A DNA stretch of 64,000 nucleotides from Propionicimonas sp. (GCA_029975155.1 JARKPQ010000037.1:3725-67724), one strand, 5' to 3'; positions 25,415 to 35,304 are shown, counted from the stretch's first letter. Notes: generated by a model not told the origin, from the letters alone. Numbers and translations: made by a program.

Positions 25415-27193
25415 ATGGACGCCGGACACCTTGCGGTCAGGTTCGCGAACGCGGCGTCCGCGCACGCGAGTCGTCCGGCCACCCGGATCGCGGACGGGGA
25501 CGGCTGGGCCGTCCGCACCTACGCCGAGCTCGCCGCGGACGTCCGCCGGCTGGCCGCGCGGCTGATCGAACTCGGCCTCGCGCCCGGCGACCGGGTGGCG
25601 ATGTTCTCCCCGAACATCCCCGAATGGAGCCTCGTCGACCTCGCCTGCGCCACCGCTGGGCTGGTGTCGGTGCCGCTGTACACCACCAGCACCCCCGACC
25701 AGGCCCGGCACATCCTGGCCGACTCCGGCTGCCGGGTGGCGTTCGTCGGCCCGGACGAGGCGGCCAAGCTGACCGGCATCCGGACGGAGCTGCCCGCGCT
25801 CGTCCGGGTGGTCGCGTTCTCCGGCTCGCCGGACGGAGTGGACGCGACTCTGGCGGACGAACTGGCCGCCGCCAGCGACGACGTGCCGGTAGACGTGCGG
25901 CTGGCCGCTGCGTCCGCGGACGACCTCGCCACGATCATCTACACCTCGGGCACCACCGGTGAGCCCAAGGGGGTCATGCTCACGCACCGGGGCTTCACCG
26001 CCCAGGTGGATGTGCTCAACCAGTACTTCGATCTCACCGACACCGACGTGTCGCTGTGCTTCCTGCCGCTCAGCCACGCCCTCGAACGGGCCTGGACCTA
26101 CGTCGTCCTCTGCGCGGGCGCGCTGAACACCTACGTGCCCGACCCGCGCACGGTCGCGGAGATGATGGTGCGGGCCCAGCCGAACCTGCTGGTCAGCGTC
26201 CCGCGGCTGTACGAGAAGGTCTTCCTCGCCGCCAAGGACAAGGTCGCCGACTCCCCGCTCAAGCAGCGGCTGATGGCGTGGGCGCTGCGGGTCGGCGCGG
26301 AGTTCCACGGCCGCGTCCGGGACGGGCTCCCGCGCGGCAAGGGCCTGATCGTCCGGTTCAAACTCGCCGACCGGCTGGTGCTGCACAGCATCCGCGACGC
26401 GATGGGCGGACCCAAGAAGGTCCTGGCGTGCGGCGGCGCGCCGCTGCGGCAGGAGATCGAGGAGTTCCTCTTCGCCTGCGGCCTGCTGGTGCTGCAGGGC
26501 TACGGGCTGACCGAGGCGTCCCCGCTGGTCAGCTTCCCCTCACCGGCCGGCTACCGGTTCGGCACGGTCGGCCGGGTCATCGACACCGGCGAGGTCCGGA
26601 TCGACGAGGACGGCGAGATCTGCTACCGCGGACCGAACGTGATGCAGGGCTACTGGGGCATGCCGGACGCGACCGCGGCCGTCCTCCTGGACGGCTGGCT
26701 GCACACCGGCGACGTCGGTGAGTTGAACGCGGACGGCTACCTGCGGATCACCGACCGGATCAAGGACCTGATCGTCACCAGCACCGGCAAGAACGTCGCT
26801 CCGGCCCCGATCGAGGGCCTGCTCGCCGCCGACCCGCTGTTCGAGTACACGCTGCTCCTCGGCGACAACCGTCCGTACCTCACCCTGCTGGTCGCGCCGT
26901 CGCTACCGCACCTGGAGGACATCGGCCGCCAGCTCCAGCTGACCTGGGCGCACCGCGACGAGTTGCTCGCCCACCCGGCCGTCCTGGACGAACTGCGCCG
27001 CAGGGTCGGCGAACTCACGGCGAAGCTCGCCCGCCACGAGCAGATCCGCGACCTGCGCCTGCTGGTCGAGGAGTTCACCCAGGAGAACGGCCTGCTCACC
27101 CCGACGCTGAAGGTCAAGCGCAGGGAGGTCGAGCGCCGTTTCGCCCAGCTCGTCGACGACATGTACGCCCGCGCCGGCCGCCGCCGCGACTGA
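25415..27193 (+). CDS. Long-chain fatty acid-CoA ligase (AMP-dependent)
   Basis: YTSGTTGEPKG, QGYGLTE, HTGD and LTPTLKVKR. Confidence 0.93.
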   Translation: MDAGHLAVRFANAASAHASRPATRIADGDGWAVRTYAELAADVRRLAARLIELGLAPGDRVAMFSPNIPEWSLVDLACATAGLVSVPLYTTSTPDQARHILADSGCRVAFVGPDEAAKLTGIRTELPALVRVVAFSGSPDGVDATLADELAAASDDVPVDVRLAAASADDLATIIYTSGTTGEPKGVMLTHRGFTAQVDVLNQYFDLTDTDVSLCFLPLSHALERAWTYVVLCAGALNTYVPDPRTVAEMMVRAQPNLLVSVPRLYEKVFLAAKDKVADSPLKQRLMAWALRVGAEFHGRVRDGLPRGKGLIVRFKLADRLVLHSIRDAMGGPKKVLACGGAPLRQEIEEFLFACGLLVLQGYGLTEASPLVSFPSPAGYRFGTVGRVIDTGEVRIDEDGEICYRGPNVMQGYWGMPDATAAVLLDGWLHTGDVGELNADGYLRITDRIKDLIVTSTGKNVAPAPIEGLLAADPLFEYTLLLGDNRPYLTLLVAPSLPHLEDIGRQLQLTWAHRDELLAHPAVLDELRRRVGELTAKLARHEQIRDLRLLVEEFTQENGLLTPTLKVKRREVERRFAQLVDDMYARAGRRRD

Positions 27194-27224
27194 CGCCGGT
27201 GGTTCTCCGGGCCCCGCCTCGTTC

Positions 27225-27568
27225 GTCATCCCGGCCCCGCCTCGTTCGTCATCCCGGGCTCGACCCGGGATCCCCGGCGTCCGCCGGGATGACAAGGGGT
27301 GGACCGAGTGAGGAACTCGTCCCCGGTGTGGGCGGTGGGTCCGCACTCGTCATCCCGGACTTTGATCCGGGATCTCCTGAGTGGCGAGTCGGACCGGTGC
27401 GGGGATCCCGGCGTTCGCCGGGATGACGGTGGGGCGAGTCGGATGACGGTGGGGCGAGTCGGGTGACGGTGGGGCGAGTCGGATGACGGTGGGGCGAGTC
27501 GGGTGACGGTGGGGCGAGTCGGGGTGACGGTAGGTGAGTTTTGTCATCCCGGACTCGATCCGGGGATC
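27225..27568. repeat. REP family B/D mosaic with a 20-bp tandem repeat x5-6 (GG(A/G)TGACGGTGGGGCGAGTC) at 27421-27531
   Basis: Tandem units visible directly; flanked by GTCATCCCGG..CCGGGATC palindromes. Confidence 0.85.
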
Positions 27569-27583
27569 GATTTGCGGTCACGC

Positions 27584-27602
27584 ATACCCTGGGGGGTATA
27601 GT
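27584..27602 (+). promoter_or_regulatory. CsoR/CstR-type operator overlapping the -10 of a leaderless promoter
   Basis: ATACCC-TGGG-GGGTAT palindrome; TATAGT lies 6 nt before GTG 27609. Confidence 0.75.
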
Positions 27603-27608
27603 TCGAGC

Positions 27609-29279
27609 GTGAAGACGGTGATTGTGGGTGGAGTTGCAGGGGGCATGTCGGCGGCCACGAGGCTGCGGCGGCTGGACGAGAGCGCAGAGATCGTGGTGCT
27701 GGAACGCTCCGGCCACGTCTCGTTCGCGAACTGCGGGCTGCCGTACTACGTGGGTGGGGTGATCTCCAACCGCAACGCGCTGCTGCTGCAGACGCCGGAG
27801 AGCCTGAAAGCCCGGTTCGGCATCGACGTCCGGGTGAACACCGAGGCGGCCTCCATCGACCCGGTCGCCAAGACGGTGTTCGTGCACAACCTGGCCACCG
27901 ATGAGTGGTACACCGAGACCTACGACAACCTCGTGCTGGCACCGGGCGCCGCCCCGTTCGTGCCGCCGATCCCCGGCGTCGAACGGGCGCTGGCGCTGCG
28001 CAACATCGCCGACACCGACAGGATGGCCGCCGCCGTCGACGAGATCCTCCGACGGGCAGAGGGCGAGCGCTCCGCCGCTGCGCACGACGAGGCTGAGGCC
28101 CCGCTGGAGCCGGCGGCCGTGATCATGGGGGGTGGCTTCATCGGCATCGAGCTGGCCGAGAACCTGTCCGAGCGGGGCATGAAGGTCACCATCGTCGAGC
28201 TCGCCGACCAGATCCTCGCCCCGCTGGACGTGGAGATGGCCGCGCTGGTCGAGAAGCACCTGGTCAAGCACGGGGTCGTGGTGATCACGGGCGCGTCCGT
28301 CGCGGCAGTGGACGCCGACTCGGTCACGCTTTCCGACGGCCGGATCCTGCCCGCGCACCTCGTCGTGGCCGCGATCGGCGTCCGCCCGGAGACCGGCCTG
28401 GCCGAGACCGCCGGGCTCGCGCTCGGTGAGCGTGGCGGCATCCTGGTCGATGAGCACCAGCGCACGTCCGATCCGTCGATCTTCGCCGTCGGCGACGCGG
28501 TGGTGAAACGCGACGTGATCACCGGCGCCCAGGCACTGGTGCCGCTGGCCGGCCCGGCCAATCGCCACGGGCGCCTCGTCGCCGACGTGATCGCCGGGCG
28601 TCCGGCCGCCTCCAGGACCGTGCTCGGCACCGCGATCGTCGGCGCCTTCGGTCTGGTCGCCGGGGCCACCGGCTGGACGGAGAAGCGCGCGGCGGCCGCC
28701 GGCCGGAAGGTCCGGGTCATCCACACGCACCCGGCCAACCACGCGGGCTACTACCCGGGCGCGGAGGGCATGAGCCTGAAGCTCGTCATCGACGCGGAGA
28801 CCGACGCCATCCTGGGTGCCCAGGCCGTCGGCGGCTCGGGCGTCGACAAGCGCATCGACGTGATCGCCACCGCGATGCGCGGCGGGCTGGCGGCCTCGGA
28901 CCTGAACGACCTGGAGTTGAGCTACGCACCCCAGTTCGGCTCGGCCAAGGACGCGGTGAACATGCTCGGGTACATCGCGGAGAACCTCCGCGACGGGCTC
29001 ACCGAGACCATCCAGTGGCATGAGGTCGAGGCGGAGGTCGCGAAGGGCATCCAGCTGATCGACGTCCGCACGCCCGGCGAGTACGCGCGCGGCACGGTGG
29101 ACGGAGCGATCAACATCCCCGTCGACGAGCTGCGGGATCGGCTGGGGGAGGTCGCGGACGACGTGATCGTCCACTGCCAGGTCGGTCTGCGCGGCTATCT
29201 GGCCGCCCGCACACTCACACAGGCCGGACACAGGGTGCGCAATCTGGACGGCGGCTACCGCACTTGGGCGCGGATCTGA
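27609..29279 (+). CDS. CoA-disulfide/persulfide reductase with C-terminal rhodanese domain
   Basis: GGVAGG, SFANCGLPY, GGGFIG, YAPQF and rhodanese CQVGLRG. Confidence 0.92.
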   Translation: MKTVIVGGVAGGMSAATRLRRLDESAEIVVLERSGHVSFANCGLPYYVGGVISNRNALLLQTPESLKARFGIDVRVNTEAASIDPVAKTVFVHNLATDEWYTETYDNLVLAPGAAPFVPPIPGVERALALRNIADTDRMAAAVDEILRRAEGERSAAAHDEAEAPLEPAAVIMGGGFIGIELAENLSERGMKVTIVELADQILAPLDVEMAALVEKHLVKHGVVVITGASVAAVDADSVTLSDGRILPAHLVVAAIGVRPETGLAETAGLALGERGGILVDEHQRTSDPSIFAVGDAVVKRDVITGAQALVPLAGPANRHGRLVADVIAGRPAASRTVLGTAIVGAFGLVAGATGWTEKRAAAAGRKVRVIHTHPANHAGYYPGAEGMSLKLVIDAETDAILGAQAVGGSGVDKRIDVIATAMRGGLAASDLNDLELSYAPQFGSAKDAVNMLGYIAENLRDGLTETIQWHEVEAEVAKGIQLIDVRTPGEYARGTVDGAINIPVDELRDRLGEVADDVIVHCQVGLRGYLAARTLTQAGHRVRNLDGGYRTWARI

Positions 29280-29559
29280 ACCCGACAGGACAGCCGAAGG
29301 TGTATGGGACTGTACGAACTCGGTGGTCCACGCCCGTTTTGGCGTAGTCAGACGGTTCACTAGGGTTCAGCAGGCACGACACCAGGGCTAGGGGGGCGCT
29401 GGTTCCGACCGCCCGGTGATGGAGGGGACTCACGATCATGGCGGTGATCGCGGGTCATCACGTCCGGGCGGCGAACGCTTCCGTCCGGGGGCGTGCCTGC
29501 TCCTACGACTGTCCGCGTCGGCCTGGAGAGGGACCGGCCACACCCTCGACAGGAGCCCC

Positions 29560-29820
29560 GTGCGATACCGGCCAACCCGTTCCGAACTGGTCCAGTTGGT
29601 CAATCAGGCGCGGCTGGACCGGCACGTGTCGATCCGCTCGGCCGCACGGATCGCCGGTGTGCCGCCCGCGACCGTCCAGGGTTGGCTGGCCGGTCGCCAC
29701 TTCCCCACGCCCGCGCTGCGCCCCAAGTTCCTGCGCCTCGTCGAGGCCTTCGAACTCACCTATCTGCTGCATCCAGCACTGTGGCTGGATGATCTGCCGC
29801 CGTCCCGGATTCCCGATTAG
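29560..29820 (+). CDS. Stand-alone XRE-type HTH protein, paralog of the downstream STAND N-terminus
   Basis: SIRSAARIAGVPPATVQGWLAGRHFPTPALR; AGGAG RBS at 29551 before GTG 29560 (ORF is open from 29416). Confidence 0.8.
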   Translation: MRYRPTRSELVQLVNQARLDRHVSIRSAARIAGVPPATVQGWLAGRHFPTPALRPKFLRLVEAFELTYLLHPALWLDDLPPSRIPD

Positions 29821-29857
29821 GCCTGTGCATCCGGCCCGGCGCTGAGACAATCCAGCT

Positions 29858-31432
29858 ATGCCGGTCCCAGCGAGTCGCCAGGACTTCGCGGCGCTGCTGA
29901 ACGATGCCAGGCGCCGCGATCATCTCTCGATCCGTGCGGTCGCGAAGATCGCGGACGTGCCGCCGACGACGGCGCAGGGGTGGCTGAACGGCAAGCACTT
30001 CCCCACGCCGGCGCTGCGGGGCAACTACCTGAAGCTGGTCGAGCACCTCGATCTCGTCCACGCCGTTCCGCGCGACCTGTGGGACGAGAGCTGGGACGCG
30101 CTGGAGCCGGCGCTGCGTAGCGGCCATTCGCCGTACCTCGGCCTGCGGCCCTTCCGGGTCGCGGACCAGGAGCTGTTCTTCGGCCGCTCCAGCCAGAGCG
30201 CCCGGCTCGCGGCCGCGGTGCGCGACCTCGCCGAGCGTGAGGGCCACGGCATCCTCGCGCTGGTCGGGTCCTCGGGCAGCGGCAAGTCGTCCCTGCTCGC
30301 CGCCGGCCTGCTCGGCCGGGAGGTGACGAGCGGCGCGCTGACCGGCTGGACCGGCACCGAGCTGCCGGTGATCCGGTTGCTGGCGACGCCGGATGTCGTC
30401 CTCGCCGGTGACCCCGGGCGGCGACTGGTCGTCGTGGACCAGCTGGAGGACGCCCTGGCCCTGCCGCCCCTGCCCCGCCGGCAGTTCCTCGACGCGCTCG
30501 CCGGACTGGCCGAGCAGGCCGTCGTGGTCGTCGGCATCCGCTCGGACGCCTTCGACAGCGCGAGTTCGGAGGCCGTGCTGGAACCGGCGATGTCGCAGCC
30601 GATCCTGCTGTCGTCGATGACGCTGGAGGAGTTCCGCGAGGTGATCGTGCGGCCCGCGGAGTCGATCGGCATGACCGTGGACGAGGACCTGGTGCGGATC
30701 CTGCTGGAGGAGCTCGCGCCCGCCTCCGGTGACCGGATCGCGCCCGGTGCGCTGCCGTTGCTGTCGAACGCGCTGCTGCTGATCTGGGCCGTGGGCAACG
30801 GCCGCCGGCTCACCCTGGCCGACTACCAGGCGGCCGGGGGCATCGCGAGCGCGGTCGAGCGGCTGGCGGAGCAGGTGTACCTCTCGCTCGACCCGGCCGA
30901 GAAGGCGGCGGCCGAGCGGATGTTCCTGCGCCTGGTCCGGGTGGCGGGGGACGAGCTGGTGCGCGAGACTCTGCCGCTGGCCGACGTGGACGGGACCACC
31001 CGTCCGGCGATGGAGGCGTTCGTCGCCGCGCGGATGCTGACCACCGTCGACGACGAGGTGCGGATCAGCCACCAGGCACTGCTCAGCCACTGGGCGCGGC
31101 TCAACGACTGGCTCGCCGAGCACAGGGACGACCTCGCGGTGATGGAGAAGCTGCGCAGTGCCGCAGAGGTGTGGCTGGTGTCGGAGCGCGACCCCGAGGC
31201 ACTGATCCCCGTCCGGCGTCTGGGGGTGTTCGGCCCGTGGCTGGAGCGGGCCACCCGCAAACGGCTGCTGACCGATGCGGAGCGGGAGTTCATCGCCGCC
31301 GCCGAGGACCACTTCGCGCACGAGTGCGATGTCGTCCAGGCCCGCCAGAAGCAGCTGCTCCGCTGGCGGATCGCCACCGCCCTGCTCGCCCTCGTCGTAG
31401 TGGCCCTCACGATCGCCCTGCTCGTCCGCTGA
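29858..31432 (+). CDS. HTH plus novel STAND NTPase 1 (nSTAND1) with C-terminal TM, no WD40 sensor
   Basis: SPYLGLRPF, Walker A GSSGSGKSS, Walker B LVVVDQLED, GALPLL, HQALL-HW-RL; ends in IATALLALVVVALTIALLVR. Confidence 0.85.
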   Translation: MPVPASRQDFAALLNDARRRDHLSIRAVAKIADVPPTTAQGWLNGKHFPTPALRGNYLKLVEHLDLVHAVPRDLWDESWDALEPALRSGHSPYLGLRPFRVADQELFFGRSSQSARLAAAVRDLAEREGHGILALVGSSGSGKSSLLAAGLLGREVTSGALTGWTGTELPVIRLLATPDVVLAGDPGRRLVVVDQLEDALALPPLPRRQFLDALAGLAEQAVVVVGIRSDAFDSASSEAVLEPAMSQPILLSSMTLEEFREVIVRPAESIGMTVDEDLVRILLEELAPASGDRIAPGALPLLSNALLLIWAVGNGRRLTLADYQAAGGIASAVERLAEQVYLSLDPAEKAAAERMFLRLVRVAGDELVRETLPLADVDGTTRPAMEAFVAARMLTTVDDEVRISHQALLSHWARLNDWLAEHRDDLAVMEKLRSAAEVWLVSERDPEALIPVRRLGVFGPWLERATRKRLLTDAEREFIAAAEDHFAHECDVVQARQKQLLRWRIATALLALVVVALTIALLVR

Positions 31433-31513
31433 AGTGGTGGGAGAGACAAGCGGCTTCGTCAGGCTCAGCCAACATTGCGGTCCGGGCCCCCCATCATCAT
31501 CCCGGCCCCCATC

Positions 31514-31730
31514 GTCATCCCGGCGGACGCCGGGATCCCCGCACCGGTCTGGCGAGTTTGCTGTCGGGGATCCCGGGTCGAGCCCGGGATGACGGTGTTC
31601 TCGACGTCAGGTCGTCCCGGCGGACGCCGGGTTCTCTGTTCTCCACGTCAGGTCATCCCGGCGGACGCCGGGATCTCTGTGCCGGTTTGGCGAGTCGGTG
31701 TCGGGGATCCCGGGTCGAGCCCGGGATGAC
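31514..31730. repeat. REP family B tandem doublets (BIME-like)
   Basis: GTCATCCCGGCGGACGCCGGGATC ... GGGATCCCGGGTCGAGCCCGGGATGAC occurs twice. Confidence 0.85.
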
Positions 31731-31778
31731 GATGGGGCCAGGATGACGCGAGCCACGGGCCGGGCGACGAAGGCTTCG

Positions 31779-33284
31779 TCAGCCGGCGGCGATCGTCACC
31801 GGCTCGGAGCTGACCTTGGTCGAGGTGTAGCCGGAGCGGGTGGCGGTGACCTGTACCAGGACGTCCACGCCGGACAGCGACGCCGGCACGGTGAAGGCCG
31901 GCTTCGTCGCACCCTTGACCGCGCGACCGGCGGCGTACCACTGGTAGCGGAGGGTCGCCGTCGGCTGCCAGGTCCCGGGGTCGGCGGCGAGGGTGCCGCC
32001 GACGACCGCGTCCCCGGCGATCGTGGGCGCGGGAGCCGTGGCGAACGTCCCTCGCGCCACCTTGACGGACGCGGACGCGGCCGACGCCGTGTAGAAGCCT
32101 GCGCGGCGCCCGGTCACGGTCGCGGTGAGCTTCTTCCCGGTGTCGGCGGACGTCGGCGTGTAGCTGGTCAGTCCGACTCCGCTGGCGCCCTTGATGGCCT
32201 TGCCGTTGCGCTTCCAGGTGACGGTCAGGGTGTCCGGGACTGCCGCCCACTCGCCGGGCTCGACGGTGACCGGCTGCCCGGTGGCGACCGGCCCGGTGAA
32301 CGTCGGCTTCGGGACCGTGGTGAACCGGGCCTTCACGACGTCGTTGGTCACGGCGGACACCCGTACCGCGGGTCCGCTGGCCGTGGTTGCGGTCACCCGC
32401 ACCCGGATCGGTTTGCCGACCTGGGCCGCGGTCACCTCGAAGGTGGCGGCGGTGGCGCCGGGGATGTTCGCTGAGCCGGCGATCCACTGGTAGCCGACGT
32501 CGGCCCCGTCCGGGACCCAGGTTCCCGCGACAGCGGTCAGCGTCCGGCCGACCTGCGGGCTGCCGCCGATGCCGGGCACCGTCCACGGCGCCGGCAGGAA
32601 GCTGGCCGGCACGTCGGTGTGCTGGTAGGGCCAGGCCAGCTTCCCGTTCCTCGCGATGGTGGGCAGGCAGGCGTGCGCGCCGCCCACGCCGCACTTCGAG
32701 TTCAGCGGCTCGGTGACCGGCACGCCGGTCCACCACGAGGTCTGCTTCATGGCGCCGTCCCAGGACAGCGAGATGTGCACGTGGTTCTTGTGGTTGGCGG
32801 TGTAGGAGCCGCGGCTGGGCATCTTCCGCCAGCCCAGCTCGGGGTAGTACAGCGACCAGATGCGCTGGTTCCAGATGATGTACATCACGCCCAGCCGGTA
32901 GGCGACCTCGCCGTTGTTGGCGGTGAGCCAGGCCAGTGCCCTGTCCACGCTCTTGCGGTGCGACGCGTACTTCACGTCCCTGCGCCAGTCGAGTGCCCGG
33001 CCCTCCTTGTGCTCGGAGGTGGTGCCGACGCCGCAGCTGCGGGAGATGCCGGACGAGGAGCCGCCCCAGGTGGCGATCAGCAGCTTCAACAGTGCCGTCG
33101 TGCCCGGCTTGGCGGACGGCGAGCACGTCCGCTGCGGCATGTAGCCCAGGTGGGCGTCGATGGTGTCGCTCGCCAGGGACGCCGGCGGCGGCGGGGTCTT
33201 GGCCCCCGTGGCGGGAGCGGGCGCCGCCCAGAGCAGGGCGACGGCGACGATCGTCGCGACGGTGCTGGCCAGTCGTCCGCGCAT
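31779..33284 (-). CDS. Secreted protein: M15/LAS-like Zn peptidase domain plus ~3 Ig-like repeats
   Basis: Signal peptide; SEHKEGRALDW (H-x6-D) and NHVHIS (HxH); repeats of P-I-G---VG-TL-A--G-W...YQW. Confidence 0.75.
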   Translation of the reverse strand: MRGRLASTVATIVAVALLWAAPAPATGAKTPPPPASLASDTIDAHLGYMPQRTCSPSAKPGTTALLKLLIATWGGSSSGISRSCGVGTTSEHKEGRALDWRRDVKYASHRKSVDRALAWLTANNGEVAYRLGVMYIIWNQRIWSLYYPELGWRKMPSRGSYTANHKNHVHISLSWDGAMKQTSWWTGVPVTEPLNSKCGVGGAHACLPTIARNGKLAWPYQHTDVPASFLPAPWTVPGIGGSPQVGRTLTAVAGTWVPDGADVGYQWIAGSANIPGATAATFEVTAAQVGKPIRVRVTATTASGPAVRVSAVTNDVVKARFTTVPKPTFTGPVATGQPVTVEPGEWAAVPDTLTVTWKRNGKAIKGASGVGLTSYTPTSADTGKKLTATVTGRRAGFYTASAASASVKVARGTFATAPAPTIAGDAVVGGTLAADPGTWQPTATLRYQWYAAGRAVKGATKPAFTVPASLSGVDVLVQVTATRSGYTSTKVSSEPVTIAAG

Positions 33285-33362
33285 GGCGCACTCCTTGTGG
33301 AGGGGATGCGGCAGGTTAGCCCAGTTCCGGCGGCCTCCGGCGATCGTCCCGCCGCCGTGCGG

Positions 33363-33698
33363 TCAGGGTACGGGGGAGGCGCTTGCCGGGACGCCCAGGT
33401 AGCGAGCGAGTGCGTGGTCGAGTCGCGCCATGGAATCGCGGGTCAGGACGTCCACCGGCTCACCGATGTAGTCCGTGTCGATGCTGCGGATCTGGTCGAT
33501 GAGCAGCCTGGTCGTCCGGCCGGCGATCTCCATCTGGGGACGGAAGACGGCGGGTCCTGCGCTGGTGGAGGTCGGGACGACGGTGGCAACGGACAGTGGC
33601 AGGTCCGAGGGGGAGATGACGACGCCGAGTCGACGGCCTCGTTGCTCGTGGCCTCGCGTCTGGCCCAGGTCGATCTGATACACGACGCCGCGGATCAC
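33363..33698 (-). CDS. PemK/MazF family toxin
   Basis: RGVVY-IDL, GHEQRGRR-GVVIS, VVPTST and DQIRSID. Confidence 0.9.
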   Translation of the reverse strand: MIRGVVYQIDLGQTRGHEQRGRRLGVVISPSDLPLSVATVVPTSTSAGPAVFRPQMEIAGRTTRLLIDQIRSIDTDYIGEPVDVLTRDSMARLDHALARYLGVPASASPVP

Positions 33699-33895
33699 CA
33701 GGACTCCGGTTCGGTGTGCAGGTCCTCGTCGTGGAGTGCCCTGGCGTCGGTGTGGGCCTGCTCGAGCCACTGGTCGTAGTCGAGAAGCCGCAACGCTCGC
33801 CGCAGGACGTCGCTGGTGGTCTCGCCATCGCGGACGCTCTTCGCCAGGATGCGTTCGTCCTCCGGGGTGGGACGGAATCCGATCACATGTGCCAT
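33695..33895 (-). CDS. Cognate RHH-type antitoxin
   Basis: 66 aa, VIGFRPT...TSDVLRRALR with an acidic C-terminus; 4-bp overlap with the toxin start. Confidence 0.85.
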   Translation of the reverse strand: MAHVIGFRPTPEDERILAKSVRDGETTSDVLRRALRLLDYDQWLEQAHTDARALHDEDLHTEPESW

Positions 33896-34018
33896 GTCCG
33901 GCAGTCTACCCAGGTGTTCAACACTTGTTGTACGGATGGCCGCGTCCTCGATTCGCCGCCGGCCGACCCCGGACGGTAGTCTTGGCCGACGGTCGTCCAT
34001 ACGGCGACCATTGCTACG

Positions 34019-34066
34019 CCCTCCTGCCATGGGAAGCGCCCATGGCCGCTCGAGACCAGAGGAGGT
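34019..34066 (+). promoter_or_regulatory. S6:S18 autoregulatory leader (rpsF leader)
   Basis: CCTCCT anti-SD, GCCATGGG/CCCATGGC stem followed by CCG, then GGAGG. Confidence 0.65.
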
Positions 34067-34077
34067 GGAGTTCGCGT

Positions 34078-34368
34078 ATGCGCAAGTACGAGATCGTCGT
34101 GATCATCGATCCCGACGTCGACGACCGCCAGGTGCAGGGACTGCTGGACAAGCCACTCGCCGGACTGACCAAGGCCGGCGGCACCGTTGACGGCCAGGAC
34201 GTCTGGGGCCGTCGGCGCCTCGCCTACGACATCAACAAGAAGTCGGAAGGCATCTACGTCGTCCTGAACGTGTCCGCCGAGCCGGCCGTCGTCAAGGAAC
34301 TGGACCGCCAGTTCACCCTGAACGAGCAGATCATGCGGACCAAGGTGATCCGCCCCGATCTGCACTGA
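34078..34368 (+). CDS. rpsF: 30S ribosomal protein S6
   Basis: MRKYEIVVI...WGRRRLAYDI. Confidence 0.97.
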   Translation: MRKYEIVVIIDPDVDDRQVQGLLDKPLAGLTKAGGTVDGQDVWGRRRLAYDINKKSEGIYVVLNVSAEPAVVKELDRQFTLNEQIMRTKVIRPDLH

Positions 34369-34453
34369 TCGCCGGTACCCCTCGCGCAGTGTCAGGGGCA
34401 CCTGACAGTCTGTGGGGGACCAACAAGCTACGTCCGATCGAAAGACAACCACC

Positions 34454-34954
34454 ATGGCTGGCGAAACCATCATCACCCTGGTCGGCAACCTGACCGCCGA
34501 CCCGGAACTGCGCTTCACCCCCTCGGGGGCACCAGTGGCCAACTTCACCGTCGCCTCGACGCCACGCACCTTCGACCGCGCCAGCGGCGAGTGGAAGGAC
34601 GGCGACGCCATGTTCCTCAACTGCGCGGTCTGGCGCCAGGCGGCCGAGAACGTGGCCGAGTCCCTCACCAAGGGGATGCGGGTCATCGTCCAGGGCCGGC
34701 TGCGCTCGCGCAGCTACGAGACCCGGGAAGGTGAGAAGCGCACCGTCTTCGAGGTGGACGTCGAGGAGATCGGTCCCGCGCTGAAGTACGCGACCGCGAA
34801 GGTCACCCGTTCCTCGGGTGGCGGCGGTTCGTACTCCGGCGGCGGCTCGTCCGGCGGCTCCGGCGGTGGCTGGGGCAACCAGGGCAGCCAGCCCGATCGG
34901 TCCGCCGGTGCCGACCCCTGGGCGTCCGCCCAGAGCGAGGAACCCCCGTTCTGA
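34454..34954 (+). CDS. ssb: Single-stranded DNA-binding protein
   Basis: [22 protein letters not shown], Gly-rich tail ending EPPF. Confidence 0.97.
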   Translation: MAGETIITLVGNLTADPELRFTPSGAPVANFTVASTPRTFDRASGEWKDGDAMFLNCAVWRQAAENVAESLTKGMRVIVQGRLRSRSYETREGEKRTVFEVDVEEIGPALKYATAKVTRSSGGGGSYSGGGSSGGSGGGWGNQGSQPDRSAGADPWASAQSEEPPF

Positions 34955-35051
34955 TCCACCCACGTCCCCTGAGCCTGTCGAAGGGCCGGGGAAACCCGTC
35001 CATCCACGTCATTCCGGCACCAGCCGGGCATCTCTGAAGGAGAGCACCACA

Positions 35052-35288
35052 ATGGCCCAACAGCGCAAGCCGCTGAAATCGAAGAAGATCGCCCCTGCGA
35101 AGAGCATTCGCATCGGCCACATCGACTACAAGGACACCGCCACGCTGCGGAAGTTCATCTCCGAGCGGGGCAAGATCCGCGCTCGTCGCGTGACCGGACT
35201 GTCGGTGCAGGAGCAGCGCAAGGTCGCCATCGCGGTGAAGAACGCCCGCGAACTGGCGCTGCTGCCCTACGCCTCGACCGCTCGCTGA
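35052..35288 (+). CDS. rpsR: 30S ribosomal protein S18 (Cys-free form)
   Basis: IDYKD...[18 protein letters not shown]...ARELALLPY. Confidence 0.97.
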   Translation: MAQQRKPLKSKKIAPAKSIRIGHIDYKDTATLRKFISERGKIRARRVTGLSVQEQRKVAIAVKNARELALLPYASTAR

Positions 35289-35304
35289 GCAGGGGGTAGA
35301 CGAG

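Noticed and set aside
27421-27531. 20-bp repeats as CRISPR or iterons
   Set aside because: No spacers and no rep gene; derived from REP ends
35052-35288. Zn-free S18 as a zinc-starvation paralog
   Set aside because: It sits in the canonical rpsF-ssb-rpsR-rplI operon, so it is the primary copy
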